From: a virus
Taxonomy: Duplodnaviria > Heunggongvirae > Uroviricota > Caudoviricetes
Length of the DNA stretch: 64,000 nt
Reading direction: 5' to 3' (one strand)
Virus record (IMG/VR): IMGVR_UViG_3300017722_002988
Location: 131,760-195,759 of that record
Within the stretch, counting starts at the first letter, position 1. Each line of letters begins with the position of its first letter. Below the pieces are notes generated by a model. That model made no database searches and was not told the DNA's origin. It saw only the letters and a list, made by a program, of their open reading frames with translations. Shown here in pieces: positions 28,235 to 36,765 of this stretch. Position numbers and translations under genes: made by a program.

Positions 28235-28269
28235 GAGCGGCGGGGTTCTTAACGGGACCCCGCCGACTC
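28235..28269 (+). terminator. GC-rich hairpin after the OMP gene (terminator or 3' stabiliser)
   Basis: CGGCGGGGTTC/GGGACCCCGCCG 11-bp stem; no clear U-tract. Confidence 0.5.
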
Positions 28270-28289
28270 TCATATTTGGACACTACGCT

Positions 28290-28676
28290 ATGTTTGACCA
28301 TGCACCTACCTACGTAAACCGTAGCCAGCACACCTCTATTCGAGTGGAGCAACAGCCTCATGATGCAGCGGATGCTGCTCGGTTGCATGGTGAGATGCGT
28401 GAAAACGTTCTCAAAGAGATCATTCAACGCATCCCCATCCTCGCAAACACTTTCAAGTGCGAGGTTATGGAGATGCCATCAATGGGCCGTGAGTGTTACC
28501 TCATTGTGTTTGATCTAAATGGTCAACGTATTCGCCTTGAGTATGAGCCCGATTATAGTGTTCAGACGCGCGACGATCTGATTATAGGATTGGCTACCAA
28601 GATCAGTAATGCTATCGCTGTCGAAATGCTCATCCCCCTTCTTAATGAATCACCACTAAGGTATGCAAAACTATGA
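28290..28676 (+). CDS. Hypothetical protein
   Basis: ORF with ATG at 28290, coupled to ligase. Confidence 0.55.
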   Translation: MFDHAPTYVNRSQHTSIRVEQQPHDAADAARLHGEMRENVLKEIIQRIPILANTFKCEVMEMPSMGRECYLIVFDLNGQRIRLEYEPDYSVQTRDDLIIGLATKISNAIAVEMLIPLLNESPLRYAKL

Positions 28677-29812
28677 TTGGTTCGACACTCTATACGACTG
28701 ACTCTAAGGGTAAGACCCGCTGGTGGAAGATGGAACAAGATGGTCCGAGGTTCCGTACGGTCTCTGGTCTCCTCGATGGCAAGGCTGTCGAATCTGAGTG
28801 GACCGAATGCTTTCCGAAGAACGTGGGTCGTGCCAATGCCACCACTGCCGAAGAGCAATGCTCGGCTGAGATCCTGAGCCTCTACACCAAAAAGCTGGAT
28901 CGCAAGTATCACACTGCCGAGGACTTCAAGGCGGCTGGATCTTCTGCTGGCTATAAGTTCCAAGGCCCGATGCTCGCCACGAAGTATGAGAGCTTCCCAG
29001 GCCCATGTTATTCGCAGCCGAAGCTTGATGGGTATCGCTCGACTGCTGATGCCACCGCAGGTCTGTTGAGCCGTCAGGGCAAACCGTGGCGCCATGACCA
29101 CATTCTTGATGCGCTAGCTCCTATCTTTGCTGCATTCCCAGGCATCGTGCTCGATGGTGAACTGTACAACCACGACCTCAAGGATGATTTCAATGAGCTC
29201 GGCAGCCTTATCAAGAAGGATAAGAGAACGCCTGAGCAAGATGCCAAGACCCGTGAAGTCGTGCAGTATCACATTTACGACATTCTGAGTCATCCAGGCC
29301 CATTCATTGAGCGCATCCACGTGCTGCGTGAGATCCTGGATGAGTTGGGCGATGAGTCTCCTGTCATCAAGTTTGTCAGGACTGATCAGGTAGGATCTGA
29401 AGACGAACTCAACGAACTGTATGCCAGCTACATGGAAGATGGTTATGAGGGTCAAATGGTTCGCCTACAACACACTCTCTACGAGGGCAACGGCAAGCGA
29501 TCCAAGGGTCTCATGAAGCGCAAAGAGTTCTTCGATGAGGAATACGAAGTCATCGAGGTTCATGAGGGCAAGGGCAACTGGGCAGGTCACGCCAAGGCTG
29601 TGACCTTCAGGATGCCTGATGGTCGGCTGACCGAGAATGGTGAACACCCCAAGGCCGGCATCAAGGGAACTAAGGAGTTCGCCAAAGAACTGCTGACCAA
29701 CTGGAGAAAGTATGAAGGCGTGACCATTCGTTCCTTCATCAAGACTCCAGCTGGGATCCCACGCTTCGGTGTTGCTTATGGATGGCACGAAAGCCTCGAG
29801 TTCAGGGGCTGA
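28673..29812 (+). CDS. lig: ATP-dependent DNA ligase (gp30-like)
   Basis: SQPKLDGYR, LDGELY, YEGQMVR, KRS..L.K.KEF.D.EY, GIPRF. Confidence 0.93.
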   Translation: MIGSTLYTTDSKGKTRWWKMEQDGPRFRTVSGLLDGKAVESEWTECFPKNVGRANATTAEEQCSAEILSLYTKKLDRKYHTAEDFKAAGSSAGYKFQGPMLATKYESFPGPCYSQPKLDGYRSTADATAGLLSRQGKPWRHDHILDALAPIFAAFPGIVLDGELYNHDLKDDFNELGSLIKKDKRTPEQDAKTREVVQYHIYDILSHPGPFIERIHVLREILDELGDESPVIKFVRTDQVGSEDELNELYASYMEDGYEGQMVRLQHTLYEGNGKRSKGLMKRKEFFDEEYEVIEVHEGKGNWAGHAKAVTFRMPDGRLTENGEHPKAGIKGTKEFAKELLTNWRKYEGVTIRSFIKTPAGIPRFGVAYGWHESLEFRG

Positions 29813-29826
29813 TCCTTAAATCCCAT

Positions 29827-29892
29827 AACTGGCCATATATGGCCTCTTAAGCTACAAAAACTAACACAACTGGCCATATATGGCCTGTTAAG
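29827..29892. repeat. Two 25-bp direct repeats, each containing the palindrome GGCCATATATGGCC
   Basis: 29827-29851 and 29868-29892; 24/25 identical; 41-bp period. Confidence 0.9.
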
Positions 29893-29894
29893 AA

Positions 29895-30004
29895 TCAACG
29901 TACAGCCTGGGTCTCGGTGTAGTGGGCTACGTAGCATGAACCCAGGTCACGGCCACCCCTAATGACTGGGGTTATAAAGAGCACGCCTTAGGGTTGTACG
30001 TTGA
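29895..30004 (+). ncRNA. Candidate structured non-coding RNA, family unknown
   Basis: Closing stem TCAACGTACA/TGTACGTTGA enclosing CCTGGGT/ACCCAGG, GTAG/CTAC and ACCCC/GGGGT helices; no ORF. Confidence 0.45.
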
Positions 30005-30072
30005 CAAGTTCAGGGCAAGATATGAACACGAAATGGTTCCATCTGCCTATGTACATTATTATACCGGCGAGG

Positions 30073-30080
30073 TATAAATA
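30073..30080 (+). promoter_or_regulatory. Perfect T4 late promoter TATAAATA upstream of tmRNA
   Basis: Exact consensus match. Confidence 0.75.
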
Positions 30081-30084
30081 AGCT

Positions 30085-30417
30085 ACCAGTGAGAAATCGC
30101 TGTACGATATTCGATGAAGCCATTAGTTTAGGTAACACTCGGGGGCAGTACCCGACGGCTCCACCAAAAACAGATATAGGGTTGTTGACCCTCTACATTC
30201 TAGAAGTCTGGTAGAATTCCAGAGTATCTGTTTTTGATGGGGCCGAACTAGTTTCGACTACCGAAGGCAAAGTGTGTGGAGAATCCGGATGGAAGCACCG
30301 GTCAAATGCGCAAACACTGTAAATGTCGCAGCTAATGACAACAATGAGGTTTCTTACGCCCTAGCGGCCTAAGTTACTTCGGGGAATGGGTTCCTCCTAG
30401 CAACAGAACGGGCCCAC
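30085..30417 (+). ncRNA. ssrA: Circularly permuted two-piece tmRNA (alphaproteobacterial type)
   Basis: Acceptor piece ends TCGGG-GGCAGTA-CCCGA-CGGCTCC-ACCA (CCA ends 30166). Intervening segment 30167-30238. Coding piece starts GGGGCCG (30239), giving a G3-U70 pair. Tag ANDNNEVSYALAA* at 30331-30372. Outer ends approximate. Confidence 0.93.
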
Positions 30418-30546
30418 TAATCTTGCACCGATCATGCAAGATAGGATCAAAAGTAAGATCCGCCGTACCACCTAATGATGCATTAAGGTGTGGGGTCAAG
30501 AGATTCGCTCTTGATACTCAACTCAATCAACAACAAAAGGAGGTAG

Positions 30547-31122
30547 GTGTTGTCAAATACAAACACTCTACTTGGAGGCGTTATTTGTGCGTCTCTACTA
30601 CTTGCTGGATTTTCAGCAAGTCCACAGAGTTCGCAAGAACTCATCATCTCACCCCCTGCTCAGGTGAGTCAACAGACGGTCCCGGTCCCATATGAGCAGG
30701 TATTGAGGGAGGAAGCTGAAGCTTCTAGGGAACCAGTCAACACAAGATCAGCCAACAGCGCTGAAATCAACTGTCTAGCTCGAAACATCTACTACGAGGC
30801 CCGCGGTGAGGGAGTCGATGGCATGCGTGCTGTTGCTCACGTTACTATGAACCGCATGCGCAATGGACAGTTTCGTAACACAATCTGCGGCGTGGTCCAT
30901 CAGCCATCCCAGTTTTCTTGGGTGAGGCAAGGATACGCATCGCCTCGTGGTCCTCTATGGGCTCAAGCACAAGAAATAGCCGAGCGTGTATATACCGGAG
31001 AAGATGCATCGGACAATACACACGGCGCCACCTATTTCCACGCATTCAGGGCTCGTCCTAGCTGGGCAAATAGGTTCAGACGTACAACTACGATCGGAGG
31101 CCACGCTTTCTATCGCACTTAA
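30547..31122 (+). CDS. SleB-like cell wall hydrolase
   Basis: N-terminal signal/TM; CLARNIYYEARGE...AVAHVTMNR...QFSW...GATYFHA...IGGH.FY. Confidence 0.9.
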   Translation: MLSNTNTLLGGVICASLLLAGFSASPQSSQELIISPPAQVSQQTVPVPYEQVLREEAEASREPVNTRSANSAEINCLARNIYYEARGEGVDGMRAVAHVTMNRMRNGQFRNTICGVVHQPSQFSWVRQGYASPRGPLWAQAQEIAERVYTGEDASDNTHGATYFHAFRARPSWANRFRRTTTIGGHAFYRT

Positions 31123-31134
31123 GGATACTAGTAT

Positions 31135-31377
31135 ATGTCATTGATTAAGCCTGAGAAAATGGTCGATACGACTCAGTTCTTGCAAGAGGTTGACCAGTTC
31201 AGCCGTGCCACTTCATGTGGTTACATGGACGCAGTCATCCACGTTGCAGGACTTAAGGGCATTGAAATTGAGACGGCTGCTGCGATGATCAAGACCAGCA
31301 CCAAAGCCAAAGCCTTCTTGCAAGAGAGCGCTGAGGATCTCAACTACATGGCGAGGACGAGTCGCCTTCCTGTTTAG
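31135..31377 (+). CDS. 33: Late transcription coactivator gp33
   Basis: Size, position before gp59/gp32, and pattern YMDAV...IEIETAA.MI...K..L..AE.LNY. Confidence 0.75.
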   Translation: MSLIKPEKMVDTTQFLQEVDQFSRATSCGYMDAVIHVAGLKGIEIETAAAMIKTSTKAKAFLQESAEDLNYMARTSRLPV

Positions 31378-31379
31378 CA

Positions 31380-31904
31380 TCATATTACAGGAAGGCGACG
31401 AGCCTTTGCAGAGGCAGACATTTTGGCCCTGGTTGCAGCAGACCTAGGACCAGAAGCATTCTTGTTACCACGCTTGGCGGTTGCTAGTTTAGCTCTATGC
31501 TCTTCCGAGAGTATCTTGCCTAGATTAGCAACCGACATTCGAGCTTTAGTTTCAACTGAACGCCTGTGACCTAACAACGAACAAGATATTTGGGCTTTAT
31601 GCTCTTCACTATGCCGAGAACCCTTTACGGTTCCATCAAGACCAGTCTCTTCAACGAGATTAGCCCAATCATCAGATGCTACGATATTATTCACCCTCGA
31701 GTATTCAAGGGCAAATGCTGTGCATTGATCCATGTCATCGAAGCCCCACACTTCAAGTGTGTTGACGTGACGACCGTGCTGTTTGAGATGGTGACGCCAG
31801 TACGTTCCTGATCCCTTGTACGAATAGGGATTGTGGCGAGTTGTCTTGCCGAAGTACTTAAGGCCTGTCGAAGCATGTTGCTTCACGTACAGATAGATAA
31901 TCAT
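31380..31904 (-). mobile_element. Free-standing homing endonuclease (GIY-YIG-like + NUMOD3 repeats)
   Basis: IYLYVKQH..TGLKYFGKT...YKGSG; HSEEHKAQIS, RSVETKARMS, LSEEHRAKLA. Minus-strand RBS and late promoter CATAAATA at 31969-31962. Confidence 0.8.
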
Positions 31905-31980
31905 GCTGATTCTCCTACTAGAGTTAGAGTGGTTAGATGTTGACGCATCGTGAACCACACTTATTTATGAGGAAAGTCTA

Positions 31981-32559
31981 TTGACTGGCTATGACGCATA
32001 CGTCATGTATTTGGCATTGAAGAGGCATTTTACCTCTAGTTACGATTATGTCAAGTACAATGGTAAAGTCTCAGCGTCTGTTGCATCTCTCGAGAAGAGA
32101 CGAGACAAATACTCTTTCCACAAGCTGGCTAAACAGCCAGATCCATTCGGACTAGCAGTCGCCAACCTATTCGAGGACACCTCTAAGTGGGTTGGCGACT
32201 TGTTCGATGATGAATCGCAGCGTGTCTACACATCCATGAAGAAGAGGCGAGAGACTCTCTCGTATACCTTCAAGGATCAACTGCTGTCACTAGACAACTT
32301 CAAGGACTCATTCACTGTCGTAGACGGTCAACACCCGCCTTTGCTCAAAGCTTATCTGCGTGGTAAGATTGGACCAGAGACAATGATCATCCTCAACAGT
32401 CTCGGTGGCTTCTTTGACTCTTGGGATGCCAAGATCACTGAGACGTATCAATGGCCAGAGGTCAAGTTCAAGCTGAATAAGCTCGCACAGTTCTTTGATT
32501 TTGATCGTGCCAAGTACAAGAAGATCTTCAAATCAGTCATCGACGAAATGTCTGATTGA
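31981..32559 (+). CDS. 59: Helicase loader gp59
   Basis: TTG start; Y..YLALK.HF...YDY.KYNGK...I..ET..IL. Confidence 0.88.
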   Translation: MTGYDAYVMYLALKRHFTSSYDYVKYNGKVSASVASLEKRRDKYSFHKLAKQPDPFGLAVANLFEDTSKWVGDLFDDESQRVYTSMKKRRETLSYTFKDQLLSLDNFKDSFTVVDGQHPPLLKAYLRGKIGPETMIILNSLGGFFDSWDAKITETYQWPEVKFKLNKLAQFFDFDRAKYKKIFKSVIDEMSD

Positions 32560-32661
32560 TTACGAAGACCTAACAGGTCATGCCACCACAAACTCATATA
32601 TAGATGGTAGCTTCGGTTACACATCCAAACATACATCGAACACATTCATACGGAGAATACA

Positions 32662-33558
32662 ATGTCTTTTGCAGATCTACGCAAACAAAGAGCAAACGCC
32701 CTGTCGGACCTGACCAGTGAACTGGCAAAGGTTGCACAGAAGGGTGGCGGTAAAGGGTCAGAGGATACACGCTTCTGGACGCCGACCATCGATAAGGAAG
32801 GTAATGGCACAGCCATCATCCGCTTCCTCCCCTCCCCAGAAAATGAGACTGTTCCATTCGTTCGCGTCTGGGATCACGGTTTCCAAGGACCAGGTGGCTG
32901 GTACATCGAGAAGTCTCGCACGACTATCGGCGAGGATGACCCTGTGTCCGAATACAACTCGGCTCTGTGGGCAACCGGCAATGAGGACGACAAGAAGATC
33001 GCCTCTAGCCAGAAGCGCCGTCTGAAGTTCATTTCGAACATTTACGTGGTCAAGGACCCCGGCAATCCGGCCAACGAAGGCAAGGTCTTCCTCTACAGCT
33101 ACGGCAAGAAGATCTTCGACAAGCTCAACGACCTGATGAACCCATCGTTCGCCGATGAGACCGCCATCAACCCATTCGACCTGTGGGAAGGCGCCAACTT
33201 CCGCCTGCGTATCCGCAAGTTCGAAGGCTATCGGAACTACGACAAGTCAGAGTTCGACAAGGCTTCGGCTCTTCGTGAGTCTGATGACGAACTCGAAGCC
33301 ATCTGGAAGTCCGAGTATCCTCTGCAGGCGTTCATCGATCCAAAAGAGTTCAAGAGCTATGCTGAACTCAAGGCTCGTCTTGAGAAGGTCCTCGGTTCGG
33401 CTACGCCTGTCAGCGCTGAGAAGCGTGAGGCGGTTGCTGAGTCTTATGCCGCTGCTCCAAACTTTAAGGAGCGTGCAGCTGAGTCTGCTCCAGCGGCCAT
33501 GGCCGATGACGATGATGACGATCTGGCATTCTTTGCACGTCTCAAGGAAGAAAACTAA
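32662..33558 (+). CDS. 32: Single-stranded DNA-binding protein gp32
   Basis: D.RFW, A.IRFLP, HGFQG.GGWYIE, N.GKVFL..YGKKIFDK, YDKSEF, acidic tail. Confidence 0.95.
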   Translation: MSFADLRKQRANALSDLTSELAKVAQKGGGKGSEDTRFWTPTIDKEGNGTAIIRFLPSPENETVPFVRVWDHGFQGPGGWYIEKSRTTIGEDDPVSEYNSALWATGNEDDKKIASSQKRRLKFISNIYVVKDPGNPANEGKVFLYSYGKKIFDKLNDLMNPSFADETAINPFDLWEGANFRLRIRKFEGYRNYDKSEFDKASALRESDDELEAIWKSEYPLQAFIDPKEFKSYAELKARLEKVLGSATPVSAEKREAVAESYAAAPNFKERAAESAPAAMADDDDDDLAFFARLKEEN

Positions 33559-33599
33559 CCCACCTACGTCGTGGGTCGAGGTTTAAGCCTCTTGCGAAA

Positions 33600-33622
33600 G
33601 GGTTCCTTCGGGGACCCTTTTT
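33600..33622 (+). terminator. Rho-independent terminator
   Basis: GGGTTCC-TTCG-GGGACCC-TTTTT. Confidence 0.85.
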
Positions 33623-33625
33623 CAA

Positions 33626-33654
33626 TTGTACTTAATATCCTCTTGTCGTATTAT
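33626..33654 (+). promoter_or_regulatory. Early promoter
   Basis: TTGTAC-17-TATTAT. Confidence 0.85.
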
Positions 33655-33673
33655 GGTGATAGGAGAATAGATC

Positions 33674-34012
33674 ATGTACAATTGGAAACCGATCGAAGAG
33701 ATTGACCTCGACCACCCGCTTTGGGTTCTTAAATACGACATCTTCTTCGATGAGCACGGCCAGTTCTGTAAGAAGGACACGCCGGGCGCCACTAAGTTCA
33801 CAAGTGTTCACGGCTATTATGAATCGCAAGAGGAAGCTCTTGAGGTTCAGCACCACTTCCCGAAGCCGAACAGTTACAGTCTCGAGAAGATTTACAAGCG
33901 GGTCCTTCTGCGTAAGAAGCCGGACCCGTACAGCTGCGCCATGTGCAATGGCATTCCGCCGTATCCGGGTTCGCCTTGCGGCATCCAAACCTGCCCATAC
34001 AAGAAAGGCTGA
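33674..34012 (+). CDS. Hypothetical early protein with Cys-rich tail
   Basis: AGGAG RBS; CxxC...CxxC-like C-terminus. Confidence 0.6.
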   Translation: MYNWKPIEEIDLDHPLWVLKYDIFFDEHGQFCKKDTPGATKFTSVHGYYESQEEALEVQHHFPKPNSYSLEKIYKRVLLRKKPDPYSCAMCNGIPPYPGSPCGIQTCPYKKG

Positions 34013-34015
34013 ACT

Positions 34016-34177
34016 ATGCCTGCCGAACACATGACTCCCCGTGGTCTCGCTCAAGGCTACTTCTGCTACACCTGCGGCAAAGGCTGCAACATGGTCGGCT
34101 CTGGTCACGGTCCCGGCAAATGTGAGCCGAATCCCACCTACGTGGCCGAGCTGCGTGAACTAAACAAGAGGAAATGA
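34016..34177 (+). CDS. 53 aa Cys/His-rich protein (not in ORF track)
   Basis: Hand translation YFCYTCGKGCNMVGSGHGPGKC; coupled on both sides. Confidence 0.55.
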   Translation: MPAEHMTPRGLAQGYFCYTCGKGCNMVGSGHGPGKCEPNPTYVAELRELNKRK

Positions 34178-34428
34178 TGCTGACTGTGCAATGGACTGAC
34201 GGACCGATCAGCGGTTCGACGCCTGAGATTCTGCGTAAGAGACTCGGCGTGGATGAGATCACGTCTCAAGACCTCAAGGCTATTCGGTCAGCCAACAAGC
34301 GTGGCGTGCCGATCTACGGTGATATCTGCCCTTACGGCCAAGACATTCACGGTGGCAACTATCTCGAACTCGATGAGAACCTCGAGCGACTCGAAGAGAG
34401 AATGTATCAGGCGTCGCAAGACATCTGA
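34174..34428 (+). CDS. Hypothetical protein
   Basis: ATGA overlap with the previous stop. Confidence 0.55.
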   Translation: MMLTVQWTDGPISGSTPEILRKRLGVDEITSQDLKAIRSANKRGVPIYGDICPYGQDIHGGNYLELDENLERLEERMYQASQDI

Positions 34429-34436
34429 TCTTTTCG

Positions 34437-34465
34437 TTGTACTTAATATCCATTCATCGTATTAT
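34437..34465 (+). promoter_or_regulatory. Early promoter (leaderless)
   Basis: TTGTAC-17-TATTAT-6 nt-ATG (34472). Confidence 0.85.
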
Positions 34466-34471
34466 GGCAAT

Positions 34472-34645
34472 ATGAATAGCAACAAATATACCCTCGACGA
34501 GCTGCATCAGTCTGATGCCTACGCTAACTTCATCATGGATCATCCTGATGACCGTCCAATCTGCAACGGGGACATGCTCCTCGAAGCAATGGAGGATGGT
34601 TATCTGTTCGATGAGTTCCTCGCCTCGATTGGATACGAAGAATGA
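34472..34645 (+). CDS. Small acidic leaderless early protein
   Basis: 57 aa MNSNKYTLDEL... Confidence 0.6.
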   Translation: MNSNKYTLDELHQSDAYANFIMDHPDDRPICNGDMLLEAMEDGYLFDEFLASIGYEE

Positions 34646-34890
34646 GCAAGACCTATTTGGACAATGCATTCCAAGCCGCCAGCCTTCAAGGCGACATGGA
34701 CTTCGTGGACCTGATCCTGAACAATCAAGGTCATCATCGCAAGGCTGAAATCCCGAGTGATCCGGCTCTGGCCGTGGCATATGCCGAAGGCCTTATCGGC
34801 GCTGCCAAGCGCTTCATGCATCGCCAGAAGGTGGAAGCTGAGACCGGCATGAGCTACATGGAAGCTCTGCTCGCAGGAAAGGCTGGCTAA
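34642..34890 (+). CDS. Hypothetical protein
   Basis: Coupled ORF. Confidence 0.55.
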   Translation: MSKTYLDNAFQAASLQGDMDFVDLILNNQGHHRKAEIPSDPALAVAYAEGLIGAAKRFMHRQKVEAETGMSYMEALLAGKAG

Positions 34891-35087
34891 TGCTCAAACT
34901 CTCTGTCAAAATCGTCGATGTGCTCATGAAGCTCATTGCCTATTTCTGGATCGGCGCAGCTGTATTCGCCGTGCTTCTCGGGGCTACATACGTCCTCGTG
35001 AATCTGTTCAACTACGTGTTCATGGCTGGTGGCCTGATCCTTATCGGCTATATCGCCGTACAAGTTCACAAGGAATATTTGAAGTGA
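34890..35087 (+). CDS. Small two-TM membrane protein
   Basis: Two hydrophobic stretches. Confidence 0.55.
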   Translation: MLKLSVKIVDVLMKLIAYFWIGAAVFAVLLGATYVLVNLFNYVFMAGGLILIGYIAVQVHKEYLK

Positions 35088-35383
35088 CGCAACCCAAAGG
35101 CTACATTGCCCACATCATGAGTGGCGGTCGTGTTATGTGCACGGCCACATCATTCGAAACATCACCTGCCGCCGGCTTCAAGGATGAGCATTGGCAGAAG
35201 AGTGAGGTGCGCCGCATCCTCGCTAAGAAGCTCCTGTCCACCTTCTGTTCGGATCGCATCATGCCTCTGTTTGATGATAGCGACATGGACCAGCTTCTTT
35301 ACAAACTCATCAACTATCCTGATCGTGCCGGTGGCTTGACGTATGTCGAGACCAAGATCGGTTACGAAGAGACAGAGGCATAA
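35084..35383 (+). CDS. Hypothetical protein
   Basis: GTGA-coupled ORF. Confidence 0.55.
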   Translation: MTQPKGYIAHIMSGGRVMCTATSFETSPAAGFKDEHWQKSEVRRILAKKLLSTFCSDRIMPLFDDSDMDQLLYKLINYPDRAGGLTYVETKIGYEETEA

Positions 35384-35384
35384 C

Positions 35385-35663
35385 ATGCAACCAATGTTCG
35401 TACAAGTCGACCTCGGGTTCGGCAACGTCATCGTCGAGACCTGCATCCTCACTGAGCCAGACACGAGGAAAGCCATCGTCTGGTATCCAACGGAAGATGG
35501 CCATCAGCCTGGTGATACGATTAAGAATGAGCCTGATGACTTCTCGTATCGTGAAAACGGTGGCGTCATCGTCAGCTTCAAGACCGATGAGGATATCGAC
35601 CGACTCATCGAGAACCTGCAGAAACTGAGGAGCGCACCGATTGACCTACAACCTGTTCCTTGA
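35385..35663 (+). CDS. Hypothetical protein
   Basis: RBS plus ATG at 35385. Confidence 0.5.
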   Translation: MQPMFVQVDLGFGNVIVETCILTEPDTRKAIVWYPTEDGHQPGDTIKNEPDDFSYRENGGVIVSFKTDEDIDRLIENLQKLRSAPIDLQPVP

Positions 35664-36009
35664 TGATGAGCGTAAGCCATCAGACGTGACGTGGTGCGCC
35701 ATCGGTCTCGGACCGTGGGTCATCGTCCGCTCTTATGAAGAGTTCCGTACCTACATCAAGAAGAACGGTGTTCCAGATCGCGTGAGCTTCGACCATGATC
35801 TGGCCGACGCACACTATCAGGCCTGCTTCGATGGCTCACATGATTATGGTCCCGAGAAGACCGGCTATGATGCAGCCAAGTGGCTGGTGTTTCATATCGG
35901 GTCTGCTTACCCTTTCCCAGATTACACCGTTCACTCAATGAACCCGATCGGTCGTGAGAACATCACCTCATTCATCGAGAACGCACGGAAGGCAGGAGTC
36001 ATTCAATGA
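35641..36009 (+). CDS. Cyclic-phosphate-processing receiver-domain protein
   Basis: LFLDDER.P...VSFDHDL...TGYD.AKWL...VHS.NP.G..NI. Confidence 0.75.
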   Translation: MTYNLFLDDERKPSDVTWCAIGLGPWVIVRSYEEFRTYIKKNGVPDRVSFDHDLADAHYQACFDGSHDYGPEKTGYDAAKWLVFHIGSAYPFPDYTVHSMNPIGRENITSFIENARKAGVIQ

Positions 36010-36281
36010 GACCGATCGACATCGTCCTACGTGACTTCGAGAAGCTTCGGGTCCGTGTTCAAGACGCACTCAACAACTCAAAGAATGAGAAGCGGCTACT
36101 CGATGAACACATCTCCCTCCCCCTCCTCAATCTAGAAGAGAGTGCACAAACAGCATTATCTCTACAGAAGAGAGGGATCATGAAACAGTGCCATGTGACG
36201 TGCATGGCATTAGATCTAGCAGAACTATCCACCGCAGTAGAAGTCGGTGAAGAAATCATTGGAAGAAAGAGATTCACATGA
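36006..36281 (+). CDS. Hypothetical protein
   Basis: Coupled ORF. Confidence 0.5.
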   Translation: MRPIDIVLRDFEKLRVRVQDALNNSKNEKRLLDEHISLPLLNLEESAQTALSLQKRGIMKQCHVTCMALDLAELSTAVEVGEEIIGRKRFT

Positions 36282-36535
36282 GCATGATGATATTCGGATA
36301 CGGTTCCACCTTCCTTGGCATGGGTGAACACGAAGACCCTGAAACAAAGCTCAAGGCTTTCTACATCGTCTTCAAGGACACCGGCCAAGAGAATCGGCCT
36401 GGCCCAATCGATGAGACCAACCGGCCAACATTCCTGAGTGATGAGGACAACGTGTCTATCGATCCACAAGATGTGGTCTTCTATTTCAACACACGTGAAC
36501 AGCGTGACCGTGTGTATGAGAGCTTCAACGTATGA
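36278..36535 (+). CDS. Hypothetical protein
   Basis: Coupled ORF. Confidence 0.5.
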   Translation: MSMMIFGYGSTFLGMGEHEDPETKLKAFYIVFKDTGQENRPGPIDETNRPTFLSDEDNVSIDPQDVVFYFNTREQRDRVYESFNV

Positions 36536-36765
36536 GATATGAAGGTCTCAACTTCGTAGCCGCATACTCTGAATCACTCACAACTGGGCCCAACCTCGGT
36601 TGGCTAGACCTACGTGTCATGCATTGTGGACCAAGAGGTGAGGCGATCACACACCGCCACACGAAGCATAACGTCTTCCTGATAGAACCACACGACCACA
36701 TTCGACCAGGCTTCGGCTCACCATCGATGGCTCAGGTTATATGCAGAGTAAAGGACATATCATGA
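36532..36765 (+). CDS. Hypothetical protein
   Basis: Coupled ORF. Confidence 0.45.
   Translation: MRYEGLNFVAAYSESLTTGPNLGWLDLRVMHCGPRGEAITHRHTKHNVFLIEPHDHIRPGFGSPSMAQVICRVKDIS

Noticed and set aside
29935-29990. Resemblance to SRP RNA (GAACCCAGGTCA) or hammerhead core (CTAATGA)
   Set aside because: Lacks the SRP GGAA tetraloop/AGCAG geometry and the hammerhead CUGANGA/GAAA core.
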